Of a stretch of DNA of 64,000 bases, positions 26,396-35,692 are shown one piece after another. The notes beneath the pieces are model-generated. The model did not search any database. It worked only from the letters and a program-made list of their open reading frames with translations, and was not told where the DNA came from. Where the stretch lies: contig CBDCSI010000001.1 in NCBI GenBank assembly GCA_965221505.1, positions 172,504 to 236,503 on the forward strand, in the 5' to 3' direction. The DNA comes from Rhodobacterales bacterium. GTDB taxonomy: Bacteria > Pseudomonadota > Alphaproteobacteria > Rhodobacterales > CAZPXZ01. Numbering within the stretch: position 1 is the first letter of the stretch; each line of letters starts with the position of its first letter. A program made the translations under genes and the position numbers.

Positions 26396-27838
26396 ATGTC
26401 TGCAGAACGGGTCGCGAGGGTCGTCGCGGCAGGCGAATCGGAAACGCTCGAGTTCAAGAGCACCACGGGGACGCGTCGAGAGGCGACGCAGACCGTCTGC
26501 GCGATGCTCAATCAGCGAGGCGGTCAGGTCCTGTTTGGTGTGACGCCGGACGGTCGAGTCGCGGGCCAGCAGGTGAGCGACCGCACCGTAGAGGAACTGA
26601 GCCGCGAGCTCATGAGAATCGATCCGCCCGCCTTCCCGACGATCGAACGGATTTCGGTGGGGGAAGGCCGCGAGGTCGTGGCCGTCACGGTAAGCCGTGG
26701 CCCGGCTGGCCCGTATATGTACCGGGGTAGCGCCTATCGGCGAGCGGGCAACACGACGGTCGTGACGCACGCCGAGGAGTATCGCAGGCTTCTCCTCGAA
26801 CGAATGCACAAGGAGCGACGCTGGGAGAACCAACCCGCCGAAGGATGGTCGATCGGCGACCTGGACGAGCGTCAGATTCGCCTCACTGCAGAGGAGGCCA
26901 TGCGCAGGGGCCGGCTCGAGGATCCCGGAACCCGCGATACCGGGGAGTTGCTGCGCGGCCTCGGCTTAATCCGGGATGGCGTCTTGTGGCGTGCGGCAGC
27001 GGTACTGTTCGGAAGCGAGGAGCGCCTGCGGTTCGACATGCCTCAGTGTCTGCTTCGCGTTGCCCGAATCAGGGGCGTTGCCCGGATGGAGTTTCTCGAT
27101 AACCGTCAGTTCCGCGGCAACGCGTTCGTTCTGCTCAGCGCCGCCGAACGCTTCCTGCGCGACAGTCTGCCGATCGCCGGGAGGTTCGAGTCGGGTCGAA
27201 TGGATCGGATCGACGAACCGCTCGTTCCGCCGTTGGCGACGCGCGAGGCGCTGGTCAATGCGCTGTGTCATCGAGACTACTCCGTTGGCGGCGGAAGTAT
27301 CGGTGTGGCGCTATACGACGACCGCCTGGAGGTCACTTCGACGGGTAACCTGCCGTTCGGGCTCACGCCCGAGAAGCTGTTCGTGCCGCACGAGTCACTT
27401 CCCTGGAACCCGATAATCGCCGAAACGTTCTATCGGCGCGGCGTCATCGAGCGTTGGGGTAGCGGTACGCTGAAGATGGCGGCGACAGCCGTCGAGGCCG
27501 GTCTGCCGCGACCGGAAATCGTAGATGACGAGACTTGCGTGACGGTGCGATTTCGTCATCGCGGGTTCTTCGCTACGCATACCGGAACGATGCGCTCGAC
27601 GGGTCGTGCCGTAATCGAGCGGCGGGACTTGAACGAGCAGCTGCGGGGGATCGTAGACTTGCTGGGCCGGGCCGGGCGCCCGCTCTCGCTCCGCGAGGTC
27701 CATCAGGGATTGCCCGCACGCCTGACAGTCCGCCAGGTTCAGCGGACGCTTGCCCGCTTGCGGGACCTTGGCCTCGTAGCTGCCTCCGGTCGTGGCGCGT
27801 CGGCCCGTTGGAGCCTGAGTCGAGCTACCGCGCTCTAA
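26396..27838 (+). CDS. AlbA_2 (Schlafen-type) domain / HATPase_c_4 / C-terminal wHTH protein (RecG-like putative DNA-binding ATPase)
   Basis: ATG 26396 has GGGGA 7 nt upstream. The ESETLEFK block marks the AlbA_2 N-domain. HRDYSVGGGSIGVALYDDRLEVTSTG...ERWGSGTLKM marks HATPase_c_4. The C-terminus has a wHTH-like LSLREVHQGL...LARLRDLGLV. Confidence 0.85.
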   Translation: MSAERVARVVAAGESETLEFKSTTGTRREATQTVCAMLNQRGGQVLFGVTPDGRVAGQQVSDRTVEELSRELMRIDPPAFPTIERISVGEGREVVAVTVSRGPAGPYMYRGSAYRRAGNTTVVTHAEEYRRLLLERMHKERRWENQPAEGWSIGDLDERQIRLTAEEAMRRGRLEDPGTRDTGELLRGLGLIRDGVLWRAAAVLFGSEERLRFDMPQCLLRVARIRGVARMEFLDNRQFRGNAFVLLSAAERFLRDSLPIAGRFESGRMDRIDEPLVPPLATREALVNALCHRDYSVGGGSIGVALYDDRLEVTSTGNLPFGLTPEKLFVPHESLPWNPIIAETFYRRGVIERWGSGTLKMAATAVEAGLPRPEIVDDETCVTVRFRHRGFFATHTGTMRSTGRAVIERRDLNEQLRGIVDLLGRAGRPLSLREVHQGLPARLTVRQVQRTLARLRDLGLVAASGRGASARWSLSRATAL

Positions 27839-28077
27839 AGGTAGACTGCCATTCGGAGGGGCGCCCCGGTTGGCGGAGTCTTGCGCGCAGGGATTCCTGC
27901 GGGTCGACAAAGTCCTCTGCGTCTGTCGATACGGGGACATGAGCGTCCGAGCAGGTGCCTGTAGCGCGGATTCGCCGCAGGACCGCTGGCGCCAGCGTTC
28001 CCCTCGCAGGTCCGGCGGCCGGGGGCGGTCGAGGTCCACGCATCCCGAGGGGTCACGCAGGCAAGGGAGGGAGCGTC

Positions 28078-28881
28078 ATTCCGGTAGAACAGCTCGTCTT
28101 CCTTGCGCTGGTGCAGGGTCTGACCGAATTCGCGCCGGTGAGTTCCTCGGCGCATCTCGCGCTGACGCCGCTCCTCTTCGGCGGGGCGGATCAGGGTCTC
28201 CTGGTCGACGTCGCGGCGCATGCAGGCACGCTTCTGGCGGTGATGGCGTATTTCCACGGCGAAATGCGGCGAATGGTTCGGGGAGGCGGACTGCTCGTCG
28301 TCGGACGGTGGCGGGAGCCGGACGCGCGCCTCGCCGCTCTTCTCCTGGTCGGCACGGTGCCGGCCGTTGCGGTCGGCTTCCTGATCTGGATATTGGGCCT
28401 CGCGGAAGCGTTTCGCAGCGTGGAGGCCATCGCTGCGTTCACCGTTCTCTTCGCGGTCGCTCTCTATTGGGCCGACCGGCGGGGCGGCCGGGACAGGCAA
28501 TTTGCGGATTTCCGACTTCGGGACGCGCTCTGGGTCGGCGTGGCGCAAGTGCTGGCGTTTCTGCCCGGCGCAAGCCGGGCCGGCGTCGCGATTACGGCGG
28601 GAAGGGCCCTCGGGTTCGATCGCGTCGCCGCGGCCCGCTTCGCCTTCCTGCTCGCCGTTCCGACGATCGGCGCGGCCGCGACGCTGGGCGCGATCGAGGT
28701 CGTTCGCTCGGGCGAGGAATGGTTGCAATGGTCGGCCGCCTGGGTCGCGATCCTGGCCTTCGCATCGGCGCTCTGCGCTCTCTGGGTTCTGATGCGTTTC
28801 CTGCGCCGCTGGAGCCTGATGCCGTTCGTGATTTACCGCATCGCGCTCGGGGCGGGACTGCTGCTCTACGCCTGGTCCTGA
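28078..28881 (+). CDS. uppP: undecaprenyl-diphosphate phosphatase
   Basis: Motifs GLTEFAPVSSSAHL and PGASRAGVAITAG. The stop is certain but the start is not. AAGGGAGG sits 7 nt before ATT 28078. Canonical alternatives are GTG 27955 (41 extra Arg-rich aa) or GTG 28111 (which truncates TM1). Confidence 0.85.
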   Translation: MPVEQLVFLALVQGLTEFAPVSSSAHLALTPLLFGGADQGLLVDVAAHAGTLLAVMAYFHGEMRRMVRGGGLLVVGRWREPDARLAALLLVGTVPAVAVGFLIWILGLAEAFRSVEAIAAFTVLFAVALYWADRRGGRDRQFADFRLRDALWVGVAQVLAFLPGASRAGVAITAGRALGFDRVAAARFAFLLAVPTIGAAATLGAIEVVRSGEEWLQWSAAWVAILAFASALCALWVLMRFLRRWSLMPFVIYRIALGAGLLLYAWS

Positions 28882-28912
28882 CCTCACCGGCCGGACCCCG
28901 TTCGCCACGCGA

Positions 28913-29854
28913 CTATCGGCGTCCGGTCAGCTTCCAGTACTGTCCGCCCGGGCGGAAGGGTTCGAGATAGGTCGCGATGACGCCTTCTACCGCGACCGGT
29001 GCGATGCCCAATTCCTCGAGTCCGCGCGCTCCAGGCGCGACGACCGAGTCGCGGGTCAGCAATTCCACCTGGTCCGGCGTGATCGGCGCGTTGGGCAACA
29101 GGGAGGCGACGGCGGCCATGGGGCGGGCAATTCCGAACGGAATCGGCAGCACGGCGCGCCGGCGGTGGATTACCCGAAGCATGATCTGCATGAGTTCTCG
29201 AAAGGTGAGAACCTGCGGCCCGCCGAGTTCGTAGACCCCCTTCGCGTCGGCCCGCGACACGGCCCGAAAGATCGCCTCGGCCACGTCGTCCACGTGAACG
29301 GGCTGAAATCGGGTTTCCGCGCCGACGAGGGGAATCGCCGGCGCGATCGCCGCCATGCGGGCGAATCGCACAAAGAACTGGTCCCCTTCCCCGAATACGA
29401 CGGAGGGTCGAAGTATCGCCGCCTCGGGAAACGATTCGGCGACCCGGCGTTCGCCCTCCGCCTTCGACCGCGCATAGCGCGAAGCCGATTCCGGGTCGGC
29501 GCCGATGGCGGAGACGTGAACCAGGCGCGAGACGCCGAGTTCGGCCGCCAGGCGAGCGATTTCGCCGGCTCCCTCGGCCTGGACGGCGGCGAATCGCTGC
29601 TTGCCGCGCTCCTGCAGGATGCCGACCAGGTTGACCACCGCATCCGCGCCCTCGATCGCGCGGCGCAGCGAAGGCGCGTGCCGCACGTTGCAGGCGACCG
29701 GTTCCACCTGCCCGACGTCTCCCCAGACCCGAACGTCTCCGGCAAGGTCGGGATTGCGGGTTCCGACCCGTATGCGCCATCCGCTGCGCACGAAGCGGGG
29801 CGCTACGCGACGGCCAATGAAGCCGTGGCCTCCGATCAGAGCGAGGATCGGCAT
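28913..29854 (-). CDS. complex I NDUFA9-like / NAD(P)H-binding SDR family protein
   Basis: ATG 29854 (MPILALIGGHGFIGRRV...), an atypical-SDR Rossmann fold. The 313 aa match the alphaproteobacterial NDUFA9-like pattern (YARSKAEGE, RPSVVFG). Confidence 0.85.
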   Translation of the reverse strand: MPILALIGGHGFIGRRVAPRFVRSGWRIRVGTRNPDLAGDVRVWGDVGQVEPVACNVRHAPSLRRAIEGADAVVNLVGILQERGKQRFAAVQAEGAGEIARLAAELGVSRLVHVSAIGADPESASRYARSKAEGERRVAESFPEAAILRPSVVFGEGDQFFVRFARMAAIAPAIPLVGAETRFQPVHVDDVAEAIFRAVSRADAKGVYELGGPQVLTFRELMQIMLRVIHRRRAVLPIPFGIARPMAAVASLLPNAPITPDQVELLTRDSVVAPGARGLEELGIAPVAVEGVIATYLEPFRPGGQYWKLTGRR

Positions 29855-31307
29855 TCGACTTGTTCCGGAATTGCTGGGTCCGCACCTGCGGGGCTTGCCG
29901 CATCCTACCGCAGGGCAACGCTTCCGCAAGCGGTTTCGGGAGGGTTCCGACGTGCGGCGGCGCAACGGGAAGAGGAATCGTTCCAGGAATTGCGGGTCCG
30001 CGCCGCTTCGAACTCGAGGCATGAATTCGGCCGCCCCGGGGGCCAGTCGCCGTGCGGAACCGTTCTCTCCCGCGCCTACACTTTTTGGTCTGTCGCCATG
30101 GATCGCCGCAAGGGACTCCAGCGCGATCAGGCACACCACCCGTCTGGCGACGCAGCGACCGGACACTCGCATGCGCTGGCGCAGGGTCCGCTCCCGCGCG
30201 TCCGATGCCGGCGCACCCGATACTCCTGACCAGGTTGACGGCGTCTCGGAACCGGCGCGCTTTAGAGATTCTGCGAAGCGCCCAGTTCCCGAATCTCTCG
30301 TCCTGCCGACCGGAACGGCGCGGCCAGCCCCATGTCGCTGCAACCGCACGGCGGGCACGTCCCAAGGCGGGAAGCTCGATCCGAGACCGTGCGCCGAGAG
30401 CGGCGGTCGCCGGGGACGAGACCGTCGACACTGGCCTCGGTCTGGGCGTCCCGACAGAGGAGGCTCGGCGCGAGGATCGCCGGATTGACGGCGGGGAGTC
30501 GACGGCCTTCGAATTGCCGGGCCCGAATGCGTGACTCGGCCGACCGTTTCTCGAGTCGCACGGAATGCCATGCGAGGGCAATGATCGTCAACGAGATCGC
30601 TAATCCGGCGGACACGGGATCGCAGCCCGTCCCGGATTCCGGTTGCGGCAGAATCCCGCCGCCGCACCGATTCGAGGCCGGGTTCGCAATTTGGGGGCGT
30701 CGAGACACGGACGGCCCGGCCGCAGGACCCTTTGCGTCCGTGCGTCATGTGCGACGACGCGCGCCCGGGTCTCGGGAAGCGCTCAAGGGGCATCCGTCTG
30801 CGCCGTCCGGATCCGTGCCGCGACTCCTACCGAAACCTCTCGCTCGGAGGAGTTCCGGAGATTCTCTCGGCCTGGACTCGGCAAGGCCTGGCCGGAGATC
30901 CAGCCTCCCTTCCGTGAAGGAGTCGACGCAGGGGACCGTTGGCGGTAGCGTTGCCCGCCGGCCCCCGAATCGTGCGACCCGCAGCCGGAGAAATCATGAG
31001 CCGAATCGCTGCCCCTGTCGTTTCTCGCATGATTCGCACGGTGGCTGGGCATGCACGCGCGTCCCGTGCGTCGCGACCAGCGAGCCCCCTCGGGGCATCG
31101 GTCGCGCGCACGACCTGAAGCGTTCGCTCAGGCAGCCGCACGACAGGCGCCCCGGGGGGTGCGCTCGTAGCGATCCCGAATACTCGTTGCGGCACCGTCG
31201 TTCCTGACGGCCGCCGAGTCTTCGGCGGATCGAACGCTCAACTACATTCCTTCGCCGACTTGCGCGCCTGCCGCGATCGGCTAGAATGCCACTGAAGACG
31301 GTAACCG

Positions 31308-31772
31308 ATGGCAAACCAAAATACCGATACCCCCCGCCCGACAAGCCTGCTGGGCCTCGGCAGAGACACGATCGCAATTCTCGTCGGATTGGCCAGCATC
31401 GTAGCGATGATGTACTTGGATATCTCTCGTTCCAGAGTGCTGGAGGCCAACCTGCGCGAGGACATTGCCCTTCTCCGCGCCGATATGAGAGAGGACACGA
31501 ACAGCCTTCGCGAAGACATTTCCAACCTGGAGAACAGCCTTCGCTCTGATATGACGGACATGGAAGAACGCCTTCGCTCTGAGATGACGGACATGGAAGA
31601 ACGCCTCCGCTCTGAGATTACGGCAAACACGAACGATCTCCGCGCGGAGATGGCGGAGAGCAGACGAATCTTTCTGGACCGGCTCGTCGAGCAGGAAGGG
31701 CGAATCGCGCGTGTCGAGACGTTGCACGAAGAACCGAATCCGCACTCGCACGGCGACGTTGTCCCCCGCTGA
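31308..31772 (+). CDS. hypothetical membrane-anchored coiled-coil protein with 11-residue repeats
   Basis: One N-terminal TM segment (IAILVGLASIVAMMYL) is followed by repeated LRxDM/LRxEI units. GC is lower than the surroundings and the codon pattern looks coding. I recognise no family. Confidence 0.7.
   Translation: MANQNTDTPRPTSLLGLGRDTIAILVGLASIVAMMYLDISRSRVLEANLREDIALLRADMREDTNSLREDISNLENSLRSDMTDMEERLRSEMTDMEERLRSEITANTNDLRAEMAESRRIFLDRLVEQEGRIARVETLHEEPNPHSHGDVVPR
31539..31604 (+). repeat. 33-bp in-frame tandem duplication inside the coiled-coil gene
   Basis: cttcgctctgaKatgacggacatggaagaacgc occurs twice back to back (31539-31571 and 31572-31604) with one mismatch. It encodes LRSDMTDMEER / LRSEMTDMEER. 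Confidence 0.9.
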
Positions 31773-31921
31773 CCCGGCGGGTGTCCCTGCGCCTCGGGCC
31801 TCCGCCCGCAACCCGGGAATAGGTCCGAGTGCGCAGGAGGGTCGCTTGCCGTGCGGACGGATGCCGGTTGCGCCCGGCTGATCCCCGGTTTCGGAAGGAC
31901 GCAAGTCCTGCGCGGCGATTC

Positions 31922-31950
31922 TTGACAGGGCGCGACATTCGGGCTACTGA
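31922..31950 (+). promoter_or_regulatory. candidate tRNA-Leu promoter (TTGACA at 31922-31927, weak -10 near 31944-31950)
   Basis: A perfect -35 hexamer lies 44 nt upstream of the tRNA 5' end, but the -10 is poor. Confidence 0.3.
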
Positions 31951-31970
31951 AAGGGCCTGCGGTTCGGATC

Positions 31971-32057
31971 GCCCAGGTGGCGGAATTGGTAGACGCGCTA
32001 GCTTCAGGTGCTAGTGACCGCAAGGTCGTGGAAGTTCGAGTCTTCTCCTGGGCACCA
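31971..32057 (+). tRNA. tRNA-Leu (anticodon CAG), class II with long variable arm, CCA encoded
   Basis: The sequence folds by hand: acceptor GCCCAGG/CCTGGGC; anticodon stem CTAGC/GCTAG with loop TTCAGGT (CAG); variable arm TGACCGCAAGGTCGT; T-arm GGAAG-TTCGAGT-CTTCT; 3' ACCA. Confidence 0.95.
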
Positions 32058-32091
32058 CGCATGCCGGAAGGGTCAAGGGTCGCGAGGTCTC

Positions 32092-32715
32092 ATGCGGGTT
32101 CTGCTGCACGAGGGCGACCTCCCCGACGGTTTCGATCCGGGTGCGTCGGTGGCGCTGGACTGCGAGGCGATGGGCCTGCGGCACGCCCGGGATCGGCTGT
32201 GCCTGGTGCAGCTGTCGGCCGGCGACGGCGTGGCGCATCTCGTACGGGTCGCAAATCCGCCGGCAGCGGCGCCCAGGCTACGGCGCGTGCTGGCGGACGA
32301 ACGGATACTCAAGCTCTTTCACTTCGGCCGATTCGACATCGCGGCCCTCTATCGCAGCTACGGCGTGCTGGCGTCGCCGGTCTACTGCACCCGCATCGCT
32401 TCGCTGTTCGCCCGGACGTTTACCAATAAGCATTCGCTGAAGGTGCTGTGCGACGAGCTCCTCGGGATCGAACTCGAAAAGGAAGAGCAGTCGTCCGATT
32501 GGGGCAATCCCGAACTGACCGAGGCGCAGCTCAATTACGCCGCGGGCGACGTGTTGCATCTCCACCGGTTACGCGTCGCCCTGGATGCGATCCTGGAGCG
32601 GGAAGGCCGCCGGGAGCTGGTCGAGCGCTGCTTCGAGTTCCTGCCCTGGCGCGCGCGGATCGACGTGGAGGGCTGGGCGGACATGGATCTTTTCGCCCAC
32701 GGCGCCTCTCCATGA
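32092..32715 (+). CDS. rnd: ribonuclease D-like 3'-5' exonuclease (short DEDDy form)
   Basis: ATG 32092. Exo motifs are ALDCEAMGL, KLFHFGRFDIAAL and YAAGDVLHL. Confidence 0.85.
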   Translation: MRVLLHEGDLPDGFDPGASVALDCEAMGLRHARDRLCLVQLSAGDGVAHLVRVANPPAAAPRLRRVLADERILKLFHFGRFDIAALYRSYGVLASPVYCTRIASLFARTFTNKHSLKVLCDELLGIELEKEEQSSDWGNPELTEAQLNYAAGDVLHLHRLRVALDAILEREGRRELVERCFEFLPWRARIDVEGWADMDLFAHGASP

Positions 32716-32728
32716 GCGTCTCGGCGCC

Positions 32729-33724
32729 ATGAGGGCGGTCGACTCCGCCGCAGCGAATCTCGACGACGTCGCCGAAGCGAGGCGCGTCATTCGTGCGGAG
32801 GCGGCGGCGCTCGAAGCGCTGGCCACGCATATGCCGCCGGACTTTTCGGGGGCGGTGGAGCTGATTCTCCGCGCGAGGGGGCGAACCGTGGTCTCCGGGA
32901 TGGGGAAGTCCGGCCACGTCGGACGAAAGATCGCGGCTACCTTCGCGTCCACGGGTACTCCGGCTCAATTCGTCCACCCGGCGGAAGCGAGTCACGGCGA
33001 TCTCGGCATGCTCACGGCGGAAGACGTCGCCGTGGTCCTGTCGAACTCGGGCGAGACGCCGGAGCTGGACGACCTCGTCTCCCATACGCGGCGCTACGAG
33101 ATCCCGCTGATCGGAATTGCGACCGGACTCGACAACGCGCTGATGCGGGCGGCGGACGTCGCGCTGGCCCTGCCGTCGGGCGGCGAGGCCTGCCCGCTGG
33201 GCCTGGCGCCGACGATCTCCACCACGTCCACCCTCGCGCTCGGCGACGCGCTGGCCGTCGCGGTCATGCGCCGCCGTCGTTTCACGCCACGCAACTTTCG
33301 CATGCTGCATCCCGGCGGACGCCTGGGATCCCGCCTCCTCACGGTGGCGGACCTGATGCACACCGGAGCCGCGGTCCCGCTGGTCGGCGAGGACGCGCCG
33401 ATGTCCGAAGCGCTGCTTACCATGAGCGCCAAGGGTTTCGGCGTCACCGGCGTCACGAATGCCGCCGGGGTGCTCGTGGGGGTGATTTCCGACGGCGACA
33501 TCCGCCGGAACATGGACGGGCTGCTGGCGCGTACCGCCGGCGACGTCGCCACGCGGAATCCGAAAATCGTCTCGCCCGACGCGCTCGCGGCGGAGGCGTT
33601 GCAAATCATGAATGCGGGACCGGTCCTCTGCCTGTTTGCGACGGAACGGTCCGAGTCGGGAGAGGGTCCGGTCGCGATCGGGCTTCTGCACGTCCATGAC
33701 TGCCTCCGCGCCGGAATCGCCTAG
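32729..33724 (+). CDS. kdsD: arabinose-5-phosphate isomerase (KpsF/GutQ family; SIS + tandem CBS)
   Basis: ATG 32729. The SIS motif is VVSGMGKSGHVGRKIAATFASTGTPA, followed by two CBS-like segments. The gene sits upstream of lptCAB. Confidence 0.9.
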   Translation: MRAVDSAAANLDDVAEARRVIRAEAAALEALATHMPPDFSGAVELILRARGRTVVSGMGKSGHVGRKIAATFASTGTPAQFVHPAEASHGDLGMLTAEDVAVVLSNSGETPELDDLVSHTRRYEIPLIGIATGLDNALMRAADVALALPSGGEACPLGLAPTISTTSTLALGDALAVAVMRRRRFTPRNFRMLHPGGRLGSRLLTVADLMHTGAAVPLVGEDAPMSEALLTMSAKGFGVTGVTNAAGVLVGVISDGDIRRNMDGLLARTAGDVATRNPKIVSPDALAAEALQIMNAGPVLCLFATERSESGEGPVAIGLLHVHDCLRAGIA

Positions 33725-34313
33725 TCGCCGCCCGAGGCGGCCGTTCCAGCGATATGTGCGCGTCCTGTCCGCCCTGGCCGCCTTGCTGGCGCTCGCGATC
33801 GTCGCGACCGGGTATCTGAAGCTGGGGGTTCCCTCCGGCGCCGGGGAAGACGCCGAGGCGGCGCGCGACCGGCAGCGAATCGAGAAACCGGTCTACACGA
33901 CGCGGCTCGCGAACGGCGCGCTCCTGACGTTCTCGGCCGACTTCGCCATCCCGCTGGAGATCAGGCCCTCGGTCGTCGCGCTCTACGGCGTGTCCATCGA
34001 CGGAAAAAGCCAGGACGGCCGTCCGTTCTCGGCCCGCTCCAACCAGGGAACCCTGCGGATCGACGAGGGTCTGCTGGTCCTTCTCGGAGACGTGACGTCC
34101 CGAGGCCCGGCAGGCGAGCGGTTTTCGGGAACCGGCGTGACCCTGGAGACGCGAGAGGGGCGAATTCGGTCGGAGACGCCGGTGCGCATCGTATGGGGGC
34201 CGGTCGAACTGGAGGCCGGGGACATGCGGGTGGAGGATCGCGGCGAGGGATTGCAGGCCTGGTTTTCCAAGGGAGTGCGAATGGTGTATCGTGCTCCCGA
34301 CCGCGGAGGTTGA
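33696..34313 (+). CDS. lptC: LPS export system protein LptC
   Basis: ATG 33696 is inside the kdsD 3' end. It has a single N-terminal TM (VLSALAALLALAIVATGYL), a beta-jellyroll-sized periplasmic part and the conserved position before lptA. Start confidence is moderate. Confidence 0.7.
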   Translation: MTASAPESPSRRPRRPFQRYVRVLSALAALLALAIVATGYLKLGVPSGAGEDAEAARDRQRIEKPVYTTRLANGALLTFSADFAIPLEIRPSVVALYGVSIDGKSQDGRPFSARSNQGTLRIDEGLLVLLGDVTSRGPAGERFSGTGVTLETREGRIRSETPVRIVWGPVELEAGDMRVEDRGEGLQAWFSKGVRMVYRAPDRGG

Positions 34314-34331
34314 AAGGAGAGCGGGACGCGC

Positions 34332-34853
34332 ATGCACAGAATGCCATTCATCCCCTGGGTAGCGGCGGCCGCTTTCGCGGCGCTGGTTGCCACGCCCGCC
34401 GGCGCCCAGACGGCGGAGTCGGGCGTCGAAGAGAACGTGGTCGTCAACGCCGACCGCCTGCAACTGAACCAGGCGGACCGGACGGCGCTGTTTCAGGGCA
34501 ACGTCGTCGCGCAGCAGGGCAGCTTGCTGACCCTGAAGGCGAACGAAATGGAAGTTCACTACGGCGACGGAGCGAGTTCGCAGCCCGACACGCCCAACAT
34601 CGAAAAGATTTTCGCGTCCGGCGACGTGCACATCACGTTGCAAGGGGACACGGTGCAGGGCGAGGAGGCCGTCTACGACCTGGAGAGCGGATTGTTCGAG
34701 GCGACGGGAGGCGTCCTGCTGATCCAGGGCGGGAACGAGGTGCGCGGACAGAAGTTCACGGCCAATCTCCTCACCGGCTGGAGCGAGGTCACGGGCGGCG
34801 TCCGGGTGGAATTGACGCCCGTCAGCGGCGAATCGTCCGGAGCGAATCAGTGA
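34332..34853 (+). CDS. lptA: LPS transport periplasmic protein LptA (OstA-like)
   Basis: It has a signal peptide and OstA-N pattern (ADRLQLNQADRTALFQGNVV...MEVHY...ASGDV). Confidence 0.85.
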   Translation: MHRMPFIPWVAAAAFAALVATPAGAQTAESGVEENVVVNADRLQLNQADRTALFQGNVVAQQGSLLTLKANEMEVHYGDGASSQPDTPNIEKIFASGDVHITLQGDTVQGEEAVYDLESGLFEATGGVLLIQGGNEVRGQKFTANLLTGWSEVTGGVRVELTPVSGESSGANQ

Positions 34854-35692
34854 AGCGGGGTCAATTGCGCGACGTCTCCCGGGGCGGCGGTCGGGCGGCC
34901 GCGTCCGGCGGCCGGCAGCCGCCGCAGGAGAGGGGCGGCAAGCGGAAGGTCGTCCGGATCGATCCGGCGCAGACCGGCCTGCATGCCCGGTTCCTGCGGA
35001 AGTCGTTTCGCCGCCGCACGGTGTTGCGCGACGTGAGCCTGTCGTTGCGCCAGGGCGAGGCGGTCGGCCTCCTCGGACCGAACGGCGCCGGGAAGACGAC
35101 CTGCTTTCATCTGATCGCCGGCCTGCTGCATCCGGACGAGGGCGTGATCGCCGTGGACGGCACGGACGTCACGGGAATGCCGATGTACCGGCGCGCCCGG
35201 CTCGGCGTCGGCTACCTGCCGCAGGAAGCCTCCGTGTTTCGGGGCCTGTCGGTCGAGGACAACATTCGCGCGGTATTGCAGATCGCCGACATATCCGCCC
35301 GGCGGCGAAGCGCGCGGCTGGAGAACCTGCTCGGCGCTTTCTCGATCGCGCATCTGAGGCGGGCAGACGCCGGGTCTCTTTCCGGCGGGGAGCGCCGGCG
35401 TCTCGAGATCGCCCGCTGCCTCGCCAGTTCGCCGAGATATCTCCTGCTCGACGAGCCGTTCGCCGGCGTCGACCCGAAGATGGTCGGATTGATGCGCGAC
35501 ATCGTGGCGCATCTGAAGGACCGGGGGATCGGCGTGCTGATCACCGATCACAACGCCCGGGAGACGTTCGGAATCGTGGATCGCGCCTATGTGATCAGCG
35601 AGGGCGAGGTGATCTGCCAGGGCCGGGCCGAGGACGTGGCGAGAGACCCGGCCGTGCGGGAGCGGTATCTGGGCCAAGGGTTCGCGATCTGA
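34850..35692 (+). CDS. lptB: LPS export ABC transporter ATP-binding protein LptB
   Basis: GTG 34850 overlaps the lptA stop (GTGA). Walker A is GPNGAGKTT, the signature is LSGGERRRLEIAR, and Walker B is LLLDEPFAGVDP. About 40 aa form a basic N-terminal extension. Confidence 0.9.
   Translation: MKRGQLRDVSRGGGRAAASGGRQPPQERGGKRKVVRIDPAQTGLHARFLRKSFRRRTVLRDVSLSLRQGEAVGLLGPNGAGKTTCFHLIAGLLHPDEGVIAVDGTDVTGMPMYRRARLGVGYLPQEASVFRGLSVEDNIRAVLQIADISARRRSARLENLLGAFSIAHLRRADAGSLSGGERRRLEIARCLASSPRYLLLDEPFAGVDPKMVGLMRDIVAHLKDRGIGVLITDHNARETFGIVDRAYVISEGEVICQGRAEDVARDPAVRERYLGQGFAI

Noticed and set aside
29855-32057. Genomic island integrated at tRNA-Leu.
   Set aside because: I saw no integrase, and no direct repeat of the tRNA 3' end. 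The unusual DNA lies 5' of the tRNA, while the 3' side continues directly into rnd-kdsD-lptCAB.
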